DNA of 64,000 nt from Octopus bimaculoides (lineage: Eukaryota): contig NC_068984.1 of the NCBI RefSeq assembly GCF_001194135.2, positions 65,071,013 through 65,135,012 of the forward strand, in the 5' to 3' direction. This document shows, one piece after another, positions 56,555 to 64,000 of the stretch (position 1 is its first letter; each line of letters begins with the position of its first letter). The position numbers were made by a program, and so were the translations under genes. The notes under the pieces were generated by a model. That model ran no database searches. It was not told the origin of the DNA and worked only from the letters and a program-made list of their open reading frames with translations.

Positions 56555-57353
56555 TCTTAGACAGACAGACTGACAAAGAGGAAGTGAGACATCAAGATTT
56601 GAACTCAAAGTACAGGTTGCCAGAATGAGTACCACAATGCATTCTCGCCACAGCTCATATGACTTAACCATTTCACTTCCTTATGTGACACATAGAAAGG
56701 AAAAGATAGCAGAGATTTGAAAATATATGATATAGATATAGGAATAGACACAAACACACAATGTTAACATATACATGTCTGAATACACAAATATATACAC
56801 ACATAGACACAAATAAAATTTGTATTATAAGATATATTATCCTTTCAAAAAAATCTAAGCATTAAAAGATACTGATAAACAAAACAGTAGTAAAACTAAG
56901 AATGTGTCTTGCTAACAAGTAGATACAATTAAGCAACTAGCATTGTGCCATATATCTGCCAGCTTCATATCTTTAAAAGTTTAGATAAATGTATTTGAGG
57001 AAAAAAACTAATTTAAAAATGGTCTCAGATTCTAAAAAGGGTTATATACATGATTAGTGCAGTACATATTTGTATAGTCAAGACTGACCATAGATAACAA
57101 GCATACGTGCAAATTATGATTTTAATGAGGACAAAAGTATACAGGTAAAAACTATAATACATGAAGTCAGTTGATACTGCTATATAAACTTATTATATTG
57201 TTCAGAATATTACTTTGTATGTTATGAAAATAACTGGAATCCCCTTAAGTACTACAGTTGAGTGATTAAACCAGAAAAACAGAAAACAGAGGAAGAAAAA
57301 AAATTAGCATGTCACAACTAAAAACATATTTCTATCTTAGAGTGATGTCAATA

Positions 57354-58027
57354 CAAGTGTAGCAAGAAACTTATATATCTTTTGAACGGTATAAAAGACT
57401 CACAAAAGGCTCAATGAGCACATTGAGTAAAGTTACTGTATCAAATTCTGTTAAAAACTTAGTGATACACAAACCAAACTATCAAGAAAATTCAGAAGAC
57501 CTTTAGAGATGATGCTATGGGAAAAACACAAATAAATGGGTGGTACAACTAGTTCAAAGATGGCCACACCTCAGTGGATAGTGAGCCACATTGTGGCCAG
57601 ACAATTAACAAAGAATACTACCTGGGGGTTCTTCATCGCCTTTGTGAAGCTGTGTGGAGAAAACGACCTGACCTATGGGCAGCAAAGAACTGACAACTCT
57701 ACCATGACAACACACCCATTCATTCTGTCCACATCATCCAAACATTCCTTGTCAAGCAAAAAAACACCACTTATTCATCAGGCTTGGCTCCATGTGACTT
57801 TTAACCATTCCCAAATATCAAAGGAAGAAGATTTAAATCAATATAAGACATGAAGCAAAATTTGATGGCACAGCTCTACAGTATCCCAAAAAGTGACTTC
57901 CAGAAATGTTTCCAGCAGTGGCAGGAATGCTGGCAGAAATGTGTAGACTCCCAAGGCAAATACTTTGAAGGTGACTAAATCAAAATGTTTTTTGGCCAAA
58001 GATTGGATACTTTTTGACTACATCCCA
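57354..58027 (+). mobile_element. Internally deleted mariner
   Basis: YCIKFC...FKDGHTSVDSEPHCG|QTINKEYYLGVL...RKRPDLW...YHDNTPIH...YSSGLAPCDF...KCVDSQGKYFEGD* (57978); right TIR ggatactttttgactacatccca|TA; the left TIR is only weakly matched. Confidence 0.88.
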
Positions 58028-58116
58028 TATATATATATAAGGACATCTTGAGATATATAAAGAAAAAAAGAAAGGTAGGTGCTTTTTGGCCAAAGATTGG
58101 ATACTTTTTGACTACA

Positions 58117-58151
<35 letters not shown>

Positions 58152-59698
58152 ATCTTGAGATATATATAAAAAAGAAAGGTAGGTGCTGAGGTAAAAAATG
58201 TTAAGTTTTCATCAAGAGTAGAGGACCACTAAGGAAATATACTGAGGTAGGTGCGAGATATTTCCATTCTTAGATAGGTATTAACCTTATGCTATACTTT
58301 TTTGTGACAACCACTATACAAAGGAGAAGTTCAAGAGTCAATGATACATTGGCTATAAAGAATATATGAAACCTTCTTTCTCAAGTAACATGACCATTTC
58401 CACAGAGAACAGCATTAAGAACGAAAGGATTAGGAAAATTTCTAGGGGTAATTAATATCATATGCTGAAGATTAAGCAATTTTAAACAGACGTTTTTGTG
58501 GAATTTTTATTACCAGCTACTAAGGTAAATTTAATGACTTCTTAATAACTGGGAAAGACTATTGTCAGTTAATGGCACAAATTGAAGTTCCAGTGTAATT
58601 TGTGTCTTTCTAATATTCTATAGTGATAGCCAAATGAGTAATTTGATGGCAATGAAGGTGAGAACAATATTCTTACTTGAGGTCTTTCCCTCATGAATAA
58701 AAGTTTCAGGAAAACTTAAAGCCAATTATGACCCATTGAAAGCCAACTTAAAAATCATATGCTGAATTTCTTTGTACGGACATTATTAAGAGTGATATAT
58801 AGCTGGGTTTAATAAGAAATAACCCAGTATTATCCAATACCCAGATGTTCAATTGAAAATGCTCAAGGTACTTAGAAATGAAGTGGATCACAGTATGTAA
58901 GGTAGTAATATACAAATGACAAGCTTGATAGATACGAAGTGTAAGAAATAAGAAAAGTGTACATTAAAAGTAGACAGAGATTTAGAAACTAGGCTTGTGT
59001 AGGCATCATAAAAGAAGTCAATCATCATCATCATCATCGTTTATGTTGCATAAACACATTAAGTGCATCGAAATATTTCAAACTTTAAAAAAATGTGTTT
59101 CAAGATAACTTTCATTCATGTTCTGTCTTCTGCACTCGTGACCTCATTGATGTCGTTGTTATTATTACAAAGAAATTCAGGATTAAATGTTTGAGAGAAT
59201 TTCTGTATGCAGATAATCCAAGCTATGATCAGGGAAAATGACATTTGTGTCAATTTCAATATGATCAAAACTTTGAAATGTCTTTTCTATCAACATCAGA
59301 AGGAGAGCAATAAGGTTCAATAGTGTAGAGGAATTGAATATGGCTCAGTATTCTGTATGCATTTCAGTGTTGCACAAACTACAACAAAGAAATCAATGTT
59401 ATTTTTGTTGTGTCCAAAGCATTTTCATAAGTTTGTTCTAAACATTCATGTTTGTTTTCAGACTCTCAGCTAACCCTTGTTTAACACATTCTGAGTGATA
59501 TAAAGCATTCTTTTCATAATTCCCAAATTACTCTAGTGGTTGAAAAAAATGGGAATATGTATCATAAATGGTGCATGAACACCAGGAAATTACGTCCTGT
59601 ATATCATGTGTTACACACAGGGCAGGCAAATGGTTAACACCAGGCTTGTCTTGAACAAGCATTGCAGCTGTGACCATCTCGTCTCTTTTCCAAATATA

Positions 59699-59959
59699 CA
59701 GGGTGGTGCAAAAGTAGATATAGAGTTATGGAAAAAGAAAACATGTACAATGCTCATTTATTTTTATCAAAACAATTAAAAGCTATGATAAAGATATTAT
59801 TGATAGTTATCATAAATATATTATTATGATTAATGACACTGAAAATATCAAAAATGAGGCTAACTAATTTAATGTACTAATAATTTTAATGAATTAAGTA
59901 TTAGAACACTGATGCGATACTTACTGTATACCTACTGTTGCACACACAACCCTCCCCTG
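59699..59959. mobile_element. Tc1/mariner-like MITE (~260 bp)
   Basis: TA|CAGGGTGGTGCAAAAGTAGATATA versus TATACCTACTGTTGCAC...CCCTG|TA; 15/17 identity in the core TIR; AT-rich interior. Confidence 0.6.
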
Positions 59960-61380
59960 TATACTACAGTTAACATGCCCTTATAATTGATTTTAAGATA
60001 GTAAAGTGCATTTTGAGAGAGATTTAGTTCCTGTTCTTGCATGTTGAACAAAAATGCACCAACTCAAAATAAATTATATTTCATAGTTAATCTATAACAC
60101 ATCTGTACTAGAAGTGCCATTTGTGGCTGCCCATCTAGTGCAGATAACTATATGTGCACTGAGAAATTGAGGAGGATAGTTTACATCAATGTCTTATCAA
60201 TGTAGCTGGCCTGCTAGCCTTCACAGAAAAATGGACCAATGGGAAATTTCAGATGTTTTTTAGTCAAGCACATTTCAAAATAAAAAGAAAGGGATACTGA
60301 ATAAACTTTTATAGAATGAATTAATTAGCTCTATTATTGAGAAGAGGCTTAGTTAATTAATTTTCATCAGAAATTGTCATATTGATACCAGCTGATATGA
60401 ATCTATGTTTATATATCGATAATGTCATATTAAACAAGAAAGATTTCTTGCCAACTTGCAGTTTTAGTGCCAAAATTATTTTACTGTCTGATTATATTCG
60501 ACATATGCAAATTGTTTGTCATGTTTATACCAATATAGAACAATGAATGTTTAAACATTGTTGATAATATATGTATATGAGGGTTTATGTATATGTAAAT
60601 GTATGTAAGTAGTACCAGTAAGCACACACACCTACTTAAATGCCTCTTATATTTGATTTTGCATGTGCACATATATATGTGAATGTGTGCTTGAATATTT
60701 ATGTAAGAATGGATGAATAAACAGATGATTATATACCATGATAATTTTCTTTTTATTTTAAAATAGTAACCTTTTAACATCATGATTGATTGATTATCCT
60801 TACAAGTGTTATTTGACAATAAATATACTTGATCCAAGTAATTCATAAGCAGATACTCAAATGCACAGACATATGTAATTTTTCATCATAAACATTGAAC
60901 CAGCTGTGCTGAACAAGCCTGTCCTAGCAGTGTTAAGTGACTGATAAATTACCTAGTGGAGATAAATTAGTACAGTTGAAAACAACTAAAACCAGATATA
61001 GTATCTGATTCAGGAGATGAATCTGTAGTGTAATCAGTAATGTTGTCACCATTCAAATGTTATATATCTATACTTAGAGGTCCTGTTTCTAATTTTCTGT
61101 CTCAAATTGGCATTTATGGCAAATAAAATTTACATTATATCTCAAAAATGAGTTTCTTACAGTGACATCATTAACATTTTAAAATGGAAAGTTAAATTTT
61201 AAAGCCAATAATACTTACAACATATAACTACCAAAAGGACTGAAGCTTATACTTCTTATAACTCATTATTATGTATATAAGAAATATACTTTGTGTAAAC
61301 CTTTATTATATTATATATATGCATGTTTATATATATGCATATATACATATATGTGTATGAGTGTGTGTATGTATACATAT

Positions 61381-61610
61381 ATTCTTTTATTCTTTTACTT
61401 GTTTCAATCATTTGACTGCAGCCATGCTAGAGCACCACCTTTTAGGCAAATAAATCGACCCCAGGACTTGTTTTTTTTTTTGTAAGCCTGGTACTTATTC
61501 TATCAATCTATCAATCACTTTTGCTGAACCACTACCTTACAGAGACATAAACACATGAACATCAGTTGTCAAATGATGGTGGGGTCGGAGGGACACACAC
61601 ACACACACAT

Positions 61611-61693
<83 letters not shown>

Positions 61694-62095
61694 NNNNNNN
61701 NNNNNNNNNNNNNNNNNNNNNNNNNNNNNNNNNNNNNNNNNNNNNNNNNNNNNNNNNNNNNNNNNNNNNNNNNNNNNNNNNNNNNNNNNNNNNNNNNNNN
61801 NNNNNNNNNNNNNNNNNNNNNNNNNNNNNNNNNNNNNNNNNNNNNNNNNNNNNNNNNNNNNNNNNNNNNNNNNNNNNNNNNNNNNNNNNNNNNNNNNNNN
61901 NNNNNNNNNNNNNNNNNNNNNNNNNNNNNNNNNNNNNNNNNNTATATATATATATATATGACAGGCTTCTTTCAGTTTCAATCTACCAGATCCACTTACA
62001 AGGCTTTGGTTGGCCCAAGGCTATATAGTAGAAGACACTTGCCCAATGTGCCATACAGTAGTTGGGAAACAAGCTTCTTAGCACACAGCCATTCA
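61381..62095 (-). mobile_element. Full-length composite SINE with assembly gap in its internal microsatellite
   Basis: Same architecture as 52588-53050; N-run 61694-61942 lies within (CA)n(TA)n. Confidence 0.85.
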
Positions 62096-63020
62096 GTTTG
62101 GAACTCTGTATATATTATCATACACCAGTCTGCTTCCAGTACAATGGTTTGTTTGCCACTAAGTATTATTATTGGTTATGATATATAGAGTAAATGTGAG
62201 AGAAATTATAATAAACACAAGTGTATATCACTTGTTCTGTCTGATCCTAACAACAGAATAAATTATAAAAAATAGTGTTTATCATAGTTTCTTCTCATAT
62301 GTTATTGCTATCTATTAAGTAATATTACTTAAAATAATCCCCAGTATCATCTAATATTGAATATCATTAAAAAAAACAACTTCAGGAAACATTTCATTTC
62401 TTATACACTAGAAATTTATTTAGATTTAAAATTCTTATATATACCTTCCAAGCTATCTTTCAGAACTTTTGAGGGATTTAAACATATTTGATATGTATAA
62501 TTCTCATTTATACTTTAACTGTAAGTATATTAAGAGAATGTTTGAGAATATTTCCAGTTGATTAATTTCTATTGTGAGTATAATAAATATTACTAATTTA
62601 AATTAATTATATGCTTTGGAACCAAATATGTACCTGAAGAAATATCATGCAACAAAATGTCAAAAACAGAGTAATCAACTTACACTTATTTGCTAATAGT
62701 TATGGATGAAACTAAGAAATCTTCTAAAAATTCTGAAATAATTGCCTTTATCTTTTTTAACTAGCAAAACTTGCTATGGTTTCAGTCATTAATAAACTCT
62801 GGTGATTACCTTATTAAGCATAAGGTCAAAACTGCAAGCTGGAATATGATGTACAAATAGTTTGATAAATTTAACATTAATATTTCTTTCTATTTTTGTT
62901 GATAGCAATTATGGGTGAAAACTGCAACAAAGTGAGATATAAACAAATACTTTAGGATTAAAATAATTTAAGGTCAACATTGGTCTTTTTTTTTATTTCT
63001 GATTTTTAGTCGTCACTTAC

Positions 63021-63229
63021 TTTTGTCTAAAAACTGGAATATTCCTCGAAATCCAGTGTAATTTCCAGGGCCCGTATCAGAATGAAATTCTAAGATGAGA
63101 CTGCGTCCAGATGAATAATGTTTCTTTTGTATGGTGCTAATGTTGCCACACACTTCATAATTCCAGCTACTGTATTGGTTCACTTCTGCTCGATCGAGAT
63201 CCAAGAAGAATTTTAAAAAGTCTGTACAC
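63021..63229 (-). CDS. sol-1: Internal coding exon, C-terminal half of a CUB domain; suppressor-of-lurcher (SOL-1)-like glutamate-receptor auxiliary protein
   Basis: Translates to CTDFLKFFLDLDRAEVNQYSSWNYEVCGNISTIQKKHYSSGRSLILEFHSDTGPGNYTGFRGIFQFLDK, with CUB hallmarks (CxD, CG, YSSG-x2-LxLEFHSD, GFxxxF). The minus strand shows acceptor ttattatttttatattattttccag|G (phase 2) and donor AAAA|gtaagt (phase 1), 209 bp. The CUB call is strong; SOL-1 orthology rests on recalled similarity and is less certain. Confidence 0.82.
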
Positions 63230-64000
63230 CTGGAAAATAATATAAAAATAATAAACAATTAATTACTTGTGAATAATTTGGCATCTCACACTTAAGAGTT
63301 TTTAATATGACAGTTTCAACAAGGAACAACTTTAAGTGCAAAAATCATTTACCAAATTCTGAACTTGAAATCTACACAAAAATTTTAAAAAATTATGAGT
63401 TGCTGTAATAATAATGATGATGATTTCATCTGAAGCAAAACTTTGTATGGAATATTCTGCAGATAATATCAGCTATATATCATAAATATTTTCTATTCTT
63501 TAGTATTCTTTGTCAGAAATTAGACATATAATTTTTAAATGTAACCTATTTACCCCAACTTGAAATATGTATGCAGCACATTTATAAAGCTTCATGTTCT
63601 TAATAATTATGCAGTTCTCACTTCATTTAAAACATTTCAAAGTTGTGTAATTGTGAATAATTCATAAAAAACAGACAATGCAAAGAGTTATTGCAATTTT
63701 CTCTAATTATCAAGATAATCATGTCTGCAAAGGAATTTTGTTAATACCATGATTTCTACTGTGAAAGTTGATGTGAGCGGATATTAATACTGAATGTTTT
63801 TAAGGTTTCAGAACTTGAACAATTAATATCATCATGTTACACTATACAGTTCACTTCAGATTGAGACCAACCAACAGAGTTTCAGAGAACATAAACAATA
63901 TTTATTTTAATCAAATGTTTCCTTCAAAGGTGTTCTTAAAAAAAATTGAAACAATAATTAAGTTTTGCATTGTTGTTGTTGTTGTTATTGTTGATCCCAC

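Noticed and set aside
58200-58900. Possible old LINE RT (YAED-like)
   Set aside because: I could not chain other RT motifs in a consistent frame.
62590-62633. Minus-strand acceptor tttcttcag|GTACAT near the exon
   Set aside because: Joining in phase 1 gives STYLVPKHIINLN*, not CUB-like; the donor half is too weak to call a ratchet point.

Overview
Very AT-rich eukaryotic DNA with dense microsatellites and ten N-gaps. The SINE families and (TA)n/(CA)n/(ATT)n load suggest an octopus (coleoid cephalopod) genome; this is my inference. The only host coding sequence I can support is one minus-strand internal exon (63021-63229) encoding the C-terminal half of a CUB domain, SOL-1-like. I found no downstream exon, so the rest of the window is probably a very large intron or intergenic DNA. 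It is filled with decayed mobile elements: a Chapaev3-like transposase, two mariners, hAT/Charlie-like MITEs, an R4/Dong-type RT fragment, RTE-like LINE tails, a Penelope-like fragment and many SINEs. The most notable unexplained structure is a set of type I hammerhead-ribozyme folds. Three are near-complete (12343, 42706, 55068) and two or three are degenerate. The three best sit in short cassettes wedged between microsatellites, as expected for Penelope-like termini or retrozyme-type elements. Other points of interest are two AG|GTAAG recursive-splice-like sites on the gene strand, an hAT MITE whose right end is replaced by a zinc-finger fragment inside a perfect 8-bp TSD, and several long inverted repeats. 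All alignments, folds and family assignments were done by eye, from memory of consensus motifs.
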